Of a DNA stretch of 64,000 nucleotides, positions 21,231-35,200 are shown in pieces. The stretch is from the NCBI RefSeq assembly GCF_964213995.1, contig NC_135808.1, positions 3,658,001 to 3,722,000 on the forward strand, given 5' to 3'. The stretch comes from Mustelus asterias. Taxonomy: Eukaryota. The position numbers and the translations under genes are program-made. The first letter of the stretch is position 1; every line of letters starts with the position of its first letter. Below the pieces are notes generated by a model that saw nothing but the letters and a program-made list of their open reading frames with translations, did no database searches and was not told where the DNA came from.

Positions 21231-22078
21231 TGACTCCCTGATTAAGATCAGAGGTCAGGGGTTAGAAACCACCACTGACAACAGATAACCAGTAAATCTG
21301 TCCTTTAATTTTCAACTTGTACATTGTAAAATTCCAATGAAGCTGTAAATAAAACCAATAAATGTCAGAGGATTAAACTAAAAAAGAAATTAAATATCTT
21401 GTGTTTCTTCCTTCATTTACTCCCTGCTTCAGTCAGCCAAACCACCCAGTCCCATCCTCCATCTCTTCCCATGTTTTCCAGCCTGTAGCTGGGATTTCTT
21501 CTGTATTTCAATTTCTCTCTCTGCTCCCACAGCATGGAAGCCTGAGAGGGAAATCCAAATATTGAAGAGTGACAATACTGCATTTCCCTGGCATTTGGGA
21601 ATTTGCATTTTTCCCTCTTCAACCTCCTCACTTAAAGGTGACCCCTGCCCCAGAGTTGATGCTGTGAGTCTCTTTTCCCACACTCACTCTCAGTTTAACA
21701 CTGACACACTCCTTCCTCACACCTAAAAGGACCAATCCCAGGATCTGCCCCTTCCCCTCTCTGCTCCAGTGCCCATTTACTCTTCATTTCCACTCAGTGC
21801 TATCTCGGGAACATCGATCATCTCCACCTCACTCCAGTGTCTTTCTCCTGTTGTTGTCTCCTCCCCAGACTTGATATTGCAACACCTTCCTCACTGTTCA
21901 ACTTTTCAAAATGATATGATCACACTGGGAGGCAAAGCTGAGATGCTCAGTCACCTAGTCAGCTGCAGCAATACTGAAATTTCATAGGATAATCACAGTG
22001 TTTGATATTTTGTTGACATTCTTCTGGAAATATGTGCAGCTGACAGAAAATCTAGTCAATCACTAGAAAAGCTGGTAT

Positions 22079-22342
22079 AGGTGGCACGGTGGCACAGTGG
22101 TTAGCATTGCTGTCTCACAGCGCCAGGGATCCGGGTTCGATTCCTGGCTCGGGTCACTGTCTGTGTGGAATCTGCACGTTCTCCCTGTGTCTGTGTGGGT
22201 TTCCTCACACAGTCTGAAAGACATGCTGGTTAGGTGCATTGACCGGAACAGGAGCTGAAGTGTGGCGACTAGGGGAATTTCACAGTAACTTCATTGCAGT
22301 GTTAATATAAGCCTTACTTGTGACTAATAAATAAACTTTAAC
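22079..22342 (+). mobile_element. V-SINE with alternative tail
   Basis: Same head and tail as 3906-4205; ends CTTGTGACTAATAAATAAAC. Confidence 0.85.
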
Positions 22343-22674
22343 TTTAGTTCAGCCCTTTCTCATTATTCCCACTTTCATTTTTTTTAAACAGCAGGTGGTG
22401 TTGTATTCTGACAATGAGAATGTTCCTCAGGTATTCAGCATATCGCATCATTAGTGACAGGAATTACACAAACTAACTTCTGGTGATGGAGAGCTTGCAA
22501 ATCTTGGTATTAAAGGAAAGAATTTTATTTACCAGAGTTAGAAGTGAAAATTATACCCCCATCCAGAAGTTTTCCTTGCAGTTCATTGCAATGCCGATTT
22601 CAGCCAGAAGGTGATGATGTTGAGCTGTACAAAGATCAGTAAAGTATTACAGTGCTCTATCACTGGGATACAGA

Positions 22675-23165
22675 GAAAGAACATCGGAACAGGAGAAGGC
22701 CATTTGGCCCATTGAGCCTGCTTTGCTATTCTATTCAATCATGGCTGATGATCTACCTCAATGCCACTTTCCCATCCTATCGCCATATTCCTTGATGTCA
22801 TTAGCCTCTAGAAATCTATCGATCTTAGTCTTGATCGTACTCAATGATTGAGTTCCCACAGCCCTCTGGGGTAGAGAATTCTAAAGATTCATCACCCTCG
22901 AAGTGAAGAACTTCCTCCTCATCTCAGTCTTAAATGGTCTACCTCTTATTCTGAGATTATCTCCCCTGCTTCTGGACTCACCCCAGTCCAACGCCGGCAT
23001 CTCCACATCTGGACTCACCAGTCAGGGGAACATCCTATCGATATCTAACCTGTCAAGCCTTGTAAGAACTTTGTAAGTTTCAATGAAATCACCTCTCACG
23101 CTTTTAAACTCTCGAGAATACAGGCCCAATTTCCTCAAACTCTCCTCATAAAATAATCCCTCCAG
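22675..23165 (-). mobile_element. Degenerate CR1 3' fragment
   Basis: Reverse complement of the CR1 C-terminal coding region and tail; contains a micro-insertion at 22983-23007. Confidence 0.7.
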
Positions 23166-23382
23166 CGAACCATAAAGTTACGGGGCAGAATGAGGCCATG
23201 CAGCCCAACCTGCCTGCACTGACATCTCAGTAATTAGCCTGGGATTGCATTCCCTTTAGACTGTCACTTATTTACTTTCTCAGGATTTACATTTTCAACT
23301 ATCTTTGGCTTGTATGCCCTTTTCAAACAAAAATCTGTCTTAAAAATTCAATATGTCAAAATAATTCAGGGCTATGGTACAT

Positions 23383-26300
23383 TGTCATGACAACAGGTGG
23401 GGACAGGAGAATTTATAGTGGAGAACAGCTTGGCAGAGAAACTATGAAATAACTTCTGAAAGGCTGGTGTCCCTTCACCAAAACTGATTTATTTACAATG
23501 GTTTGCAATACTCAGGCAGGTACTCCCCACGATAGAGTATATACCCCGGTGACCCAGACACTGGAGCTCCCTGATTGGGCAGCCTTAACAGGCCTCAATT
23601 AGGGGGCTCATGTTCCTGCAGGTCCAACTCATCGACTTTGTTGAAGTCATTACATCCCTCTCCCCCTCTAGGTCTGAGGAACCATAGCGGGTCAACCGCC
23701 TTGTGAGCCTATTTCAGTGATTCAATGCTGAGTCTGGATCCTCCTGCTCAGCCTCAGAAGTGGGTGGGCTGTAGCAGACCAGAGCTCACCTCTTCCGCTG
23801 CGAGCACGAGTCCACTTTCTTCATCAAGCAGTAAGGGGTCGATGTGGATAAGTCCGCCATGTCCATTTCGGACTCCGAGGTTACCTTTGGTGGAGATAGA
23901 TAGCAGTAGCCAGACGGTCATGGAGTTTCTCCTAAAGTTTCTGATGGTGTTTCACGGCTTGTAGATGACTGAGGTGATTCCGTAGGACTCCCACCGGTCC
24001 TGTTCTCAACTCAACTGTGCGAGGCCATTGCCACGATTTTTAATAACCCTTGCACTTAGGTATCTCTCCTGGCAGGTATTTTGGCCTCTTCACTTGGTCC
24101 ATTTTGAGTGGGCCTCTCCATTATGAGGAACATTGACTCCATGAACGGACCAGCATAGTCGATGGGTAGCCACGTCCATGGCCTTCTCAGCCATTCCCAA
24201 CGGTGCAGAGGAGCTGCTGGTGATAGCTTCTGCCCTTGTTGGCATTGCTGACACCAACCAATTGCGGATTACAGGGTCAAAGGTCGGGTTCTGAGGAATG
24301 TGGAGGAACAGAGAGATCTTGGGATTCATATCCACAGATCTCTAAAGGTTGCCACTCAAGTGGATAGAGCTGTGAAGAAGGCCTATAGTGTGTTAGCTTT
24401 TATTAACAGGGGGTTGGAGTTTAAGAGCCGTGGGGTTATGCTGCAACTGTACAGGACCTTGGTGAGACCACATTTGTGTGCAGTTCTGGTCACCTCACTA
24501 TAAGAAGGATGTGGAAGCACTGGAAAGAGTGCAAAGGAGATTTACCAGGATGCTGCCTGGTTTGGAGGGGATGTCTTATGAGGAAAGGTTGAGGGAGCTA
24601 GGGCATTTCTCTTTCGAGCGGAGGAGGATGAGAGCTGACTTAATAGAGGTTTATAAGATGATGAGGGGGATAGATAGAGTGGACGTTCAGAGACAATTTC
24701 CTCGGGTGGATGTAACTGTTACTAGGGGGCATAACTATAAGGTTCGTGGTGGAAGATATAGGAGGGATGTACGAGGTAGGTTCTTTACTCAGAGAGTGGT
24801 TGGGGTGTGGAATGGACTGCCTGCTGTGATAGTGGAGTTGGACACTTTAGGAACTTTCAAGCGGTTATTGGATAGGCACATGGAGCACACTAGAATGATA
24901 GGGAGTGGGATAGCTTGATCTTGGTTTCGGAAAAGGTTCGGCACAACATCGTGGGCCGAAGGGCCTGTTCTGTGCTGTACTGTTCTATGTTCTAACCCAC
25001 GTGCACAGCCAGGTCTGTATCCAGCCCTGGCCACTGGACATAGCTCTTTGCAAGCATTTTAATTTTTGGCACTCCTGGGTGGCCATGGTGAAGTTCAGCC
25101 ATGGTGAAGTTCGGCCAGGAGAGGCCAGAGGCCCTGGCTCAGGATGATAATATAGGAGCCTCATAGGAGTATGTCGTCTTCCATGGTCAGCTGCTCTCGC
25201 TGGCTCCAGTATGGATGAAATTCTGGCTGGAATGGTCTTTTTGTTTCTCCCGTCAGTACTAACTGTTTCAATTTCACAAGTACTGGATCTTTTTGCGTTC
25301 ATAGCCAAATGTTGCTGCTAATGGTAGCCGGCTCAAAGCATCTGCATTGGCGACTCGGCCTCCTGGGCGTTGTTCCAAGTGATAATTGTAAGCGGCCAGT
25401 AATTAAACCCATCACTGGATTTGGGCCGATGCACCATCTTGTCTTCCTTTAGCAGCCTTGGTAATGGCTTATGGTCCCTGATAATGACAAATTTTCACCC
25501 ATTTAGGTGCTGGTCGAGTTTCTTAACCCCGAATATCACTGCCAACCTGCCTTTTTCAATGTGGGTGTATTTGCGTTCTGTGATAGCCAAGGTCCTAGAA
25601 ACGTTGGCAATTGGGCATTCATCACCATTTGGCCACCTGTGTGCCAATATCACCCGATTCCGTATGGAGATGCTTCGTAGTTCTTTCCTGGGATTCTAAT
25701 GTGCCAGAACATTCGACGAGGAAAGCTGTTGCTTTACTTCGTTGAAGGCCAAGGATTGCCTGAAAGTCCACTCCCAAGGTTGGTCCTTTTTTATTCATTG
25801 GTGTAATGGGGTTAGGATGGAGGCAAGGTTCAGTATAAATTTTCTGTGATAGGTTATCAACCCCAGAAATGATCTTAGCTCCTGGACAGACGTGAGAGCC
25901 AGGGCGCCTTTGATCACCCGCACCTTGTCTTCCAATGTGTGTAGACCAAACTTGTCTAATCTGTAGCCCAGCTAGGTCACTTGGGGGACCTGAAATACAC
26001 ATTTTCCCCTTCTTAGATGTATGCCTGCCTTGGAAAATCCACTCAGGACTTCCTCTAGGTTCTCTGAATGTTCCTTATTCGTTTTTCCTGTTATGAGGAC
26101 ATCATCCAAATAGCCACCTGACGTAGGCCTTCTAAGATGTTTTCCATAATTCGCTGGAAAATTGTGCATGCTGACAGTACCCCAAATGGTCTTTATGTAT
26201 AATATTGTTGAGTATCTCTGGGAGTTCTCGTTTAGCTGTAATTATAAGTATGCGTGGCTCATATCAAGTTTTGAAAACGAGAGTCCTCCAGCCAACTTTG

Positions 26301-26659
26301 CATGTAAGTCCTCGATCTGAGGAACCGGGTATTTATCCAGCTGTGAGAAACAGTTTATCATCTGTTTAAAATCTCCACAAAGGCGAACTGATCCATCCAG
26401 CTTCAGAATTGATACGACCGGTGCTGCCTATTTTGCAAATTGGACTAGTTTTATAATCCCTTCACCACTCTAGTCTCCGGGTTTCAGTTTTAACTTCTGA
26501 GAAGCTGGTGTCACTTCACCAAAACTTATTTATTTACCATGATTTTCAATACTTAGGCAGGTACTTCCCAGTACAGAGTATTCCTGGTGACCCGGACACT
26601 CCACATTATATGTCTCTGTAGAGCTCCCTGATTGGGCAGCCTTAACAAGACTCATTACA
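23383..26659 (-). mobile_element. Decayed Gypsy LTR retrotransposon (gag/protease apparently deleted), interrupted by a CR1
   Basis: LTR 23383-23654 bounded by TGTCATGAC...GTCATTACA with an adjacent polypurine tract on the minus strand; related partial LTR ~26495-26659; RT motifs DGSVRLCGDFK and YLDDVLITGKTNKEH. Confidence 0.8.
24275..24992 (+). mobile_element. CR1 (HER1-like) 3' fragment, same subfamily as 33238-35632
   Basis: EEQRDLGIHIHRSLKVATQVDRAVKKA...LLDRHMEHTRMIGSGIA*; (TTCTATG)n tail. Confidence 0.93.
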
Positions 26660-26664
26660 AACCA

Positions 26665-27612
26665 AACAATTACTTTGTATCTGTCTTCACAGAAGAAGAT
26701 ATGAAAATATCCCAGAGATAATGGGCACCAAAGGCAGATTCTGGAAATGTTGCTGCAGCCTGCAAAGTACCAAATGCTACCCCACTATTTAAGAAGGCAG
26801 TGAGTGGGAGAATGGAGAACTATAGACCTAGTTTGGTATAAGTAGTAATAAAGATGTGATAACTGGACACTTAAAAAATAATGGAAAAATCAGGCAGATT
26901 AACGAAAAGGAAACCATGTTTGACATGCCTGATTTTTAGGATGTCACTTGTAGCATAGATAAAAGAAAACCAGTTGATGTCGTGCATTTGGATTGTCAGA
27001 AGGCTTTTGATAAAGTCCCACACAAGAGGTTAGTGAACAGAATTAGAGCACATGAGATTAGAGGGAAACACGCTTTGGATTGAGGATTGGCTAACAGACA
27101 AAGCAGAGTAGGAATAAATGGATCATTCTTAGGATGTCAGGCTGTTATGCATGGGGTCCTGCAAGGATCAATGCTATGGCCACAGTTCTTCATAATCTAT
27201 GTAAATTATTTGGATGGGGACTTGTAATATTTCCAAATTTGCTGATACAAAACTAGTTGGCAATGTGAGTTGTGAGGAAGGTGCAAGGAAACTTCAAGTG
27301 TACTTGAACAGACAATGTGAGTGGAAAATAACATGGCAGATGGAATATGTATGAATGTAAAGTTATCCACTTTTGGTAGAAATAAACAAAGACAGAATAT
27401 TGCTTTAATTGTAAAGATTGGATGTGTTGGTGTCCTTGTTCATGATAAGCTAGTATGCAGGTGCAGCAATCAGTGAGGAAGACAAATGGCATGTTGGCCT
27501 TCATCACAAATACGGAAGTAAAGATGTTTGGCAGCTCCAGGGGTCTGTACAATTGCAGCATCTGGAGTATTGTGTACAGTTTTGAGCTCCTTATCTAAGG
27601 AAGGATATACTT
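26665..27612 (+). mobile_element. Old degenerate CR1 RT fragment
   Basis: Remnants of NYRP, QKAFDKVPHKRL, SKFAD and LEYCVQF. Confidence 0.75.
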
Positions 27613-28856
27613 GTGTTAGGGTGCCAGACTACATCTCAGGGTTTATTATACAGCCAAATTAGACCCCAACAAATTTTCTATTTTGGCATAAATGTGAGAA
27701 AAGGGAGTAATTCCACTGACAATTTCGGGATCTTTTTTATCAAAACACCTTTATCCATAACACAGGTTAAATGTAAATCTAGCAAAATGAGACAGTTTAA
27801 TACTTAATCATTGAACAATTTTTAGACATGAAAAGAAATAATTCTAATTTCTAACTTATCATTAGTCCATTCCAATTAAGCAATATTTCCTTTATAGACT
27901 TAGGTTTAAGTTTTGACTTTAAAAACAGTTAGCAAATCCAGGCATACTTGCTTCAACCTTTGTTAACAGTTTTTCACAGATGTTTTCGGAGAGGAAAAGA
28001 GAGCTGCTTGTAGGCTGCTATCTTTAAACAGCCCATTCCAGCAACTGAACTCAGCAAATCAAAATGAAACTGTTTTTTCTGCTATAAGCCTAGACCCTCC
28101 CATTAAGCTAATATCACATGACTATATGCCCTGTATACCTAACTCACCTTCCATTACTTCAATCAAGAAAAAACCCAAATGTCCTTTTCTTTGGTAAACA
28201 AAAGCTCGTTAAGCCTTCTGCTAAACAAATACCATGGCTAAAATGAGTAATCATTCTGCTTTCCAGCATCTGCTGTGTTCCCTCCAAACAAACCAACTGC
28301 TTAGGATGGAACATTCAGCCGATGACATCAATGCAGCACAGTCCAGTGCTAGAGGAAATACCCCAATCAACAGGATGCATACACTGCCATTCTGTATATT
28401 TCACAGAGCCTCATTCAGTTTCAAGCATATAGTCAACTTTCTTATGTCCTCTCATGAAATCAAAGGAGTTATTACCATAAATTCACATGAATGAAGTGTC
28501 CAGTGAGTCAAAGTCCAATATCAGTGGCTTTGTCTGGCAGGATTCTATTTGTCCTAGAACAGACTTTCTGGGGCCAGTCTTGAGAATGATGATGACGAAC
28601 TACCAGCATGTGACCAGCTGCAGCCATTATATCAGACCAGCAATGGTCTATTTTGAAAAACAAAATTTAAATAGGAGAATATGGAAGAGGGACAGATTTT
28701 TAAGATTTTCTTCCTTCATCCTTTGTTGGCATGGCAATTTAGAAAGCTTTACTTCTACACTTTTTTCTCACAAAATCATCAATTACGTTATTGTAGGTAA
28801 GATCTTGTGAAGACACACTTACAATCGTCAATATTGTTGAACTTGTCAAATGTTCA

Positions 28857-29199
28857 GGGGCGGCACGGTAGCACAGTGGTTAGCACTGCTGCTTCACAGC
28901 TCCAGGGTCCCGGGTTCGATTCCCGGCTCGGGTCGCTGTCTGTGTGGAGTTTGCACATTCTCCTCGTGTCTGCGTGGGTTTCCTCCAGGTGCTCCGGTTT
29001 CCTCCCACAGTCTAAAGATGTGCGGGTTAGGTTGATTGGCCAGGTTAAAAATTGCCCCTTAGAGTCCTGAGATGCGTAGGTTAGAGGGATTAGCAGGTAA
29101 ATATGTGGGGGTAGGGCCTGGGTGGGATTGTGGTCGGTGCAGACTCGATGGGCCGAATGGCCTCCTTCTGCACTGTAGGGTTTCTATGATTCTATGATT
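28857..29199 (+). mobile_element. Full-length HE1-like V-SINE
   Basis: A box, B box GGTTCGATTCC, V-domain, CR1-type tail ending (TTCTATGA)n. Confidence 0.9.
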
Positions 29200-32100
29200 C
29201 CCCAGTCGTCGTACTTTGCAAATAATTTTAAACTCTTTTCAATACAGAAGAAAAGCATTAACTGGAAGCATATTGCTAAAAATTATCAGAATGGTTTCCA
29301 TATTTGAAAAGGTTACCTGCAAACCATCACGTAAAGTCTGTACAAACCAGCTGATGATCTTGAAGCACAGAGCTCATCATTAAGGATGAAATGAATGAAT
29401 TGTTTCACTTCATCTTTCAAAACATTTGCGCCTATGTCCTGGTAGAATTCACCTAATTTCTTACTGCAGTGGCTTTTAGCATTCTCATCCAAACTTCTGT
29501 CTAAAAACACATACAATAAATCAACAGTTTTCTTTAGAGATTCACTTCTACTGATTGCAATCATTGTGTCACAAATTACATCTACAGTTTCAACGATGAT
29601 CTTCTCTTTTCCATTTAAAGTAATTTCATTGTCTATAGTTTCATCAAAAAAATAATTTCCTGCTTCTTGTACACTTCTCGTCAGCAGAGGGACCTGTGTT
29701 TTCATTAATGTCAGTGTACCTGTTTCAAACGAGCTATAGTCATTTCAAACTTCCATTACAAAACCTTTAACCGAGGCTAACAATTGTGCAGCATTCAATG
29801 AAGTTATATCAACATTTTGCAGTGATTTGCTGACAACATTAATTTTCTGAAGTAAATGGCTCCAAACAACAGTAAAAAAACAACAGTATCATACTTTTCA
29901 AACTTCTCTGCTAAGGATTTTACTTCAGCTTTCACGCATGTTGGGTGATATTCTGCCAAAAAGGTTCTAAGTGTTGAATTCACGGGAAAACTGGAGTAAC
30001 TCACGCTGGTTTTTTCAGTGGGAGTTCACACTAGAATCTCCCACATTCTGTGCAATGCAGAGGCCACCAGTATGATTTTCATTAAATTTCAGGGATCGGA
30101 GCCTATTCATGCTGGAGAGGCTGAAACCAGCAGGCTTCTATGCATGTGTAGTGGCCCCAAACTGTCAGCCTCCTCATTTGCTGGCCAGCTCAATCGCTGG
30201 CCAGCCCAGGAGCCTCTGCAGTGCTGCCCCCAGCCCCCTCACGGCCCGATCGCAGCCCCCCCCAAACTTTCCCAGACCAGCCTCGACCTCCTCATCCTAT
30301 ATGGCCCCCATCTCCAGCACCCCCCCCAGCAGTGATGAACCCCCCCATACCCCAGCCCGCCCCGATCGCTGGCCTCCCCCCTGCCCTCATCCATCCCTCT
30401 GCAGAATAAAAAGACTCAACACTCATACAGCATGGCAGCGGGACCCCCACGGAATTCCCCTAAGCCCCATACCCGCTAAGCCCTGCCCCTATAGGCCCCC
30501 ACCCCCTTGGCACTGCCCGATGCCCGGTAGGCAGTACCAAGGTGCCCCCTGGGCATGTGCACTTTGCCCCTTGGGCAGTGCCGGGGTGCCCATGCCCAGC
30601 GGGTACCAACCCCTCCACCTCCTGAACTGCCGGTGGACCCCGATTGCCCCCCCCTTCACTCCAGTGGGGTCAAGCCACTAGTTCCCCAAAAGCGGGGAGC
30701 TAGTCTGAATCACGCTGGAGTGAAATACTCCTGGTGGGGTGGAAGATGGTAGCGGGCCTGGGGAATTCAGTCCCGGGCCCCCTAAGCACATTAAAATAAC
30801 ATTAAAATAAGATGTGAAGTACTGACCTGGTGTTCCTGCTGGTTTTCAGTACGAATCAGACAGTGCCGGAAATCCGGCACTGGGAGACACGCACGCGCGG
30901 GAACACATGCATGAAATCTGCACATGCCCGAACACGAGATTCTCCCATCACGCTGCACTGGAAAATTAGCACAGCGGGGTGGGAGAATCACCCCAGTTTT
31001 TTCTCAATTTGATGCAGGTATGTTTCACAAGGTTTCCTTTATATCAACACGATTCCATTTCAAAGCCAAAACACTATCTGCATGAGTGAGCCACCAGTTA
31101 TCACAATTTCTTTTGACTGTGAAATACTTTCCTGAAAAAAAAGCATAAAAATTTTGAACAAAGTCAAGAAAGTACAGCTTCCTCACAGGATTCAGCTGCA
31201 GTGTTGCAGATTAAATTTTGAGTGACTGGAACATGGGATAAATAATGCACAGGGACTTGCATTGTTCAGTGTTGCTTGTAGACCTGACTATTTTCCTGCC
31301 ATATTTGTGGCATTATCAAAGCTCTGCCCATGACAATTTTTGATGCCCAAACTAAAATTTGCAATGATTTTCAAAAGAATTGTTTTCAGACATTCAGAAG
31401 TTTGGGATTGTTGCTGGACAAAACTAATAAATCACTATACAACCTCACCAGCACTGGTCACATATCTGAAAATTAGTGTTAATTGGTCCACATGACTCAC
31501 ACCTGGTGTTGAAGCAACTATTATGGAATACTATTTGGCATCTTTTACTTAATTCGTGAATTGGTTTCTGAGCCGCTCTGCCATGAGAGTGATGAAGTCA
31601 TTGCAGGTTTTGTGCAGTAAAAGTTTGGTCTTCCCTGAGCCACAATACTGATGAGTTTTCAAATACTCTTTGAGAAGCTCTGATATTTCACTGACACATT
31701 CAAGGCAGGCTAAAACATATCTCACTAAGTTGGCAATGATGACTCATCATGTCCTCATGGAGGTAGTCCCAAAGAAGAGAGCAGTTTGACTATGGCAACA
31801 ACATGTCTCAGCACTTTCGTCCAATAAGAACATTCTTTTCCAAACTGAGCCAATATCGCAGTATCAATAATTTACATATTTGAACGAACGCACACGTAGC
31901 TTTAATATGAACTTTGGAAGTTTCATGATCAACTCTACATCTTCCAACATTTCTCCAATTAGTGAACCCATCGATGAATGTTTGTTTCCCTTTACTAAGG
32001 TCAGGGAATAATTTGCAAACATAACAATAGACTGCCTTAGAGATTTCTGAAAAAAATCCAACCAATTTCTAATTTCTGTTATCCCATTTCTCTTCACCCT

Positions 32101-32210
32101 CAGTAAATGGAACGAATGAAGATTTCTAGCCCACTTTTAGCCTCCAACCTCAAACTCTTTTCTGGTTTATTGTGCACAAAATATTCTATCATACCCAGTA
32201 GGACAGATTT
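29200..32210 (-). mobile_element. Decayed hAT transposase (Tip100/ZMYM1-like), interrupted by a MITE-like element
   Basis: Minus-strand remnants: TTF-type finger VYCYVCKLF...GFTNW...HETSKVH; YSIIVASTPGVSHVDQLTLIFRYV; CHGQSFDNATNMAG; FIPCSSH. Confidence 0.75.
29943..30993. mobile_element. Non-autonomous TIR element (MITE-like, possibly Harbinger-type) with C-rich interior
   Basis: Ends GGGTGATATTCT... and ...GGAGAATCACCC are imperfect inverted repeats; similar termini at 51156-51357 and 61149-61285. Confidence 0.5.
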
Positions 32211-32214
32211 TGGC

Positions 32215-35200
32215 CATAAAGTAACATATTTTGCTTTTCTCTTCACAAAGGAAGACATGAATAACGTATTGGAAATTCTGAGAAACAAACGTTTTAGTGA
32301 AGAGCCGAAGGAAATCAGTATTAGTAGAAAAATGGTTTTGCGAAAATTAATGGGATTGAAGGTGGATACCTCTCCAGGGCCTGATAATCTTCATCCCAGA
32401 GTACTTGAGGAAGTGGCTCGAGAAATAGTTGATCCATTGGTAGATATTTTCCAAAATTCTTTGGACTCTGGAATGATTCCTACAGATTGGAGGGTAACTA
32501 ATGTAAAACCACTATTTAAAAAGGGAGGTAGAGAGAAAACAGGGAACTATAGACCAGTGAGTCTATCATCAGTAGTAATGAAGTTGCTGGAGTCCATTAT
32601 CAAGGATTTCATAGCTCAGCGTTTGGAAAGCAGTGGTATAATCAAAGACAGATCAGCATAGATTTACAATAGGAAAAACATGCTTTGACGATTCTACTAG
32701 AATTCTTTGAATATGTAACTAGTAGAGTTGATGAGGAGAACCAGTGGATATGGTTTATTTAAACTTTCAGAAGGCTTTCAACAAGATCCCACATAACAGA
32801 TAACTATGTTAAGTTATAAATGCATGAGATTGCGGTTAGTGAGTGTCTTGAGATTGATAGAAAGCTGATTACCAGAAAGGAAGCAAAGAATTGAAATAAA
32901 TGGATCTTTTTCCGATTGGCAGAGAGTGACTAGTGGGGTACTGCAGGGATCTATGTTAGGACCCCAACTATTCACATTATATATTAATGATTTGGACGAG
33001 GTAACTAAATGTTTTATCTCCAAATTTGCAGGTGATACAATGTTGGGTGGAAAGTGAGCAGTGAGGAGAATGCAGAGATGTTTCAGCATGATTTGGACAA
33101 GCTGAGTGAATGGGCCTATGTAAGGTAGATGCAGTATAATGTGGATAAATGTGAGGTTATCCACTTCAGTAGCAAAATAGGAAGGCAATTATTATTTGAA
33201 TGGGTGTAAATTAAGAAAGGTGGGTACTCAACGAGACATAGAACATAGAACATAGAACAGTACAGCACAGAACAGGCCCTTCGGCCCACGATGTTGTGCT
33301 GAGCTTTATCTGAAACCAAGATCAAGCTATTCCACTCCCTATCATCCTGGTGTGCTCCATGTGCCTATCCAATAACCGCTTAAATGTTCCTAAAGTGTCT
33401 GACTCCACCATCACTGCAGGCAGTCCATTCCACACCCCAACCACTCTCTGCATAAAGAACCTACCTCTGATATCCTTCCTATATCTCCCACCACGAACCC
33501 TATAGTTATGCCCCCTTGTAATAGCTCCATCCACCCGAGGAAAGAGTCTTTGAACGTTCACTCTATCTATCCCCTTCATCATTTTATAAACCTCTATTAA
33601 GTCTCCCCTCAGCCTCCTCCGCTCCAGAGAGAACAGCCCTAGCTCCCTCAACCTTTCCTCATAAGACCTACCCTCCAAACCAGGCAGCATCCTGGTAAAT
33701 CTCCTCTGCACTCTTTCCAGCGCTTCCACATCCTTCTTATAGTGAGGTGACCAGAACTGCACACAATATTCCAAATGTGGTCTCACCAAGGTCCTGTACA
33801 GTTGCAGCATAACCCCACGGCTCTTAAACTCCAACCCCCTGTTAATAATAGCTAACACACTATAGGCCTTCTTCACAGCTCTATCCACTTGAGTGGCAAC
33901 CTTTAGAGATCTGTGGATATGTACCCCAAGATCTCTCTGTTCCTCCACAGTCTTCAGAACCCTACCTTTGACCCTGTAATCCACATTTAAATTAGTCCTA
34001 CCAAAATGAATCACCTCACATTTATCAGGGTTAAACTCCATTTGCCATTTTTCAGCCCAGCTTTGCATCCTATCTATGTCTCTTTGCAGCCTACAACAGC
34101 CCTCCACCTCATCCACTACTCCACCAATCTTGGTGTCATCAGCAAATTTACTGATCCACCCTTCAGCCCCCTCCTCTAAGTCATTAATAAAAATCACAAA
34201 GAGCAGAGGACCAAGCACTGATCCCTGTGGCACTCCGCTAGCAACCTGCCTCCAATCCGAAAATTTTCCATCCACCACCACCCTCTGTCTTCGATCAGAC
34301 AGCCAGTTACCTATCCAATCGGCCAACTTTCCCTCTATCCCACACCTCCTCACTTTCATCATAAGCCGACCATAGGGGACCTTATCAAATGCCTTACTAA
34401 AATCCATGTATATGACATCAACTGCCCTACCTTCATCAACACACTTAGTTACCTCCTCAAAAAATTCAATCAAATTTGTGAGGCATGACTTGCCCTTCAC
34501 GAATCCGTGCTGACTATCCCGGATTAATCCGCATCTTTCTAAATGGTCGTAAATCCCATCCCTAAGGACCTTTTCCATCAATTTACCAACCACCGAAGTA
34601 AGACTAACCGGTCTATAATTATCAGGGTCATTTCTATTCCCTTTCTTAAACAAAGAAACAACATTCGCCATTCTCCAGTCCTCTGGCATCATCCCCGTGG
34701 ACAGCGAGGACCCAAAGATCAAAGCCAAAGGCTCTGCAATCTCATTCCTTGCCTCCCAAAGAATCCTAGGATATATTTCATCAGGCCCAGGGGACTTATC
34801 GACCTTCAGTTTATTCAAAACTGCCAGTACATCCTCCCTCCGAACACCTATTTCCTCCAGCCTATTAGCCTGTAACACCTTCTCTTCCTCAAAAACATGG
34901 TCCCTCTCCTTGGTGAACACTGAAGAAAAGTATTCATTCATCACCTCGCCTATCTCTACTGACTCCATACACAAGTTCCCACTACTGTCCTTGACCGGCC
35001 CTAACCTCACCCTGGTCATTCTTTTATTCCTCACATAAGAGTAAAAAGCCTTGGGGTTTTCCTTGATCCGACCTGCCAAGGACTTCTCATGTCCCCTCCT
35101 AGTTCTCCTAAGCCCCTTTTTCAGCTCGTTCCTTGCTAACTTGTAACCCTCAATCGAACCATCTGAACCTTGTTTCCTCATCCCTACATAAGCTTCCCTC

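Noticed and set aside
21530-21990. Possible coding fragment downstream of the SPRY exon
   Set aside because: No recognisable domain or consistent splice structure in the frames I checked.
27613-28230. Possible solo LTR starting TGTTAG
   Set aside because: Could not identify a matching end or TSD.
30018-30752. Pro-rich ORFs
   Set aside because: C-rich interior of a MITE-like repeat with no domain motifs.
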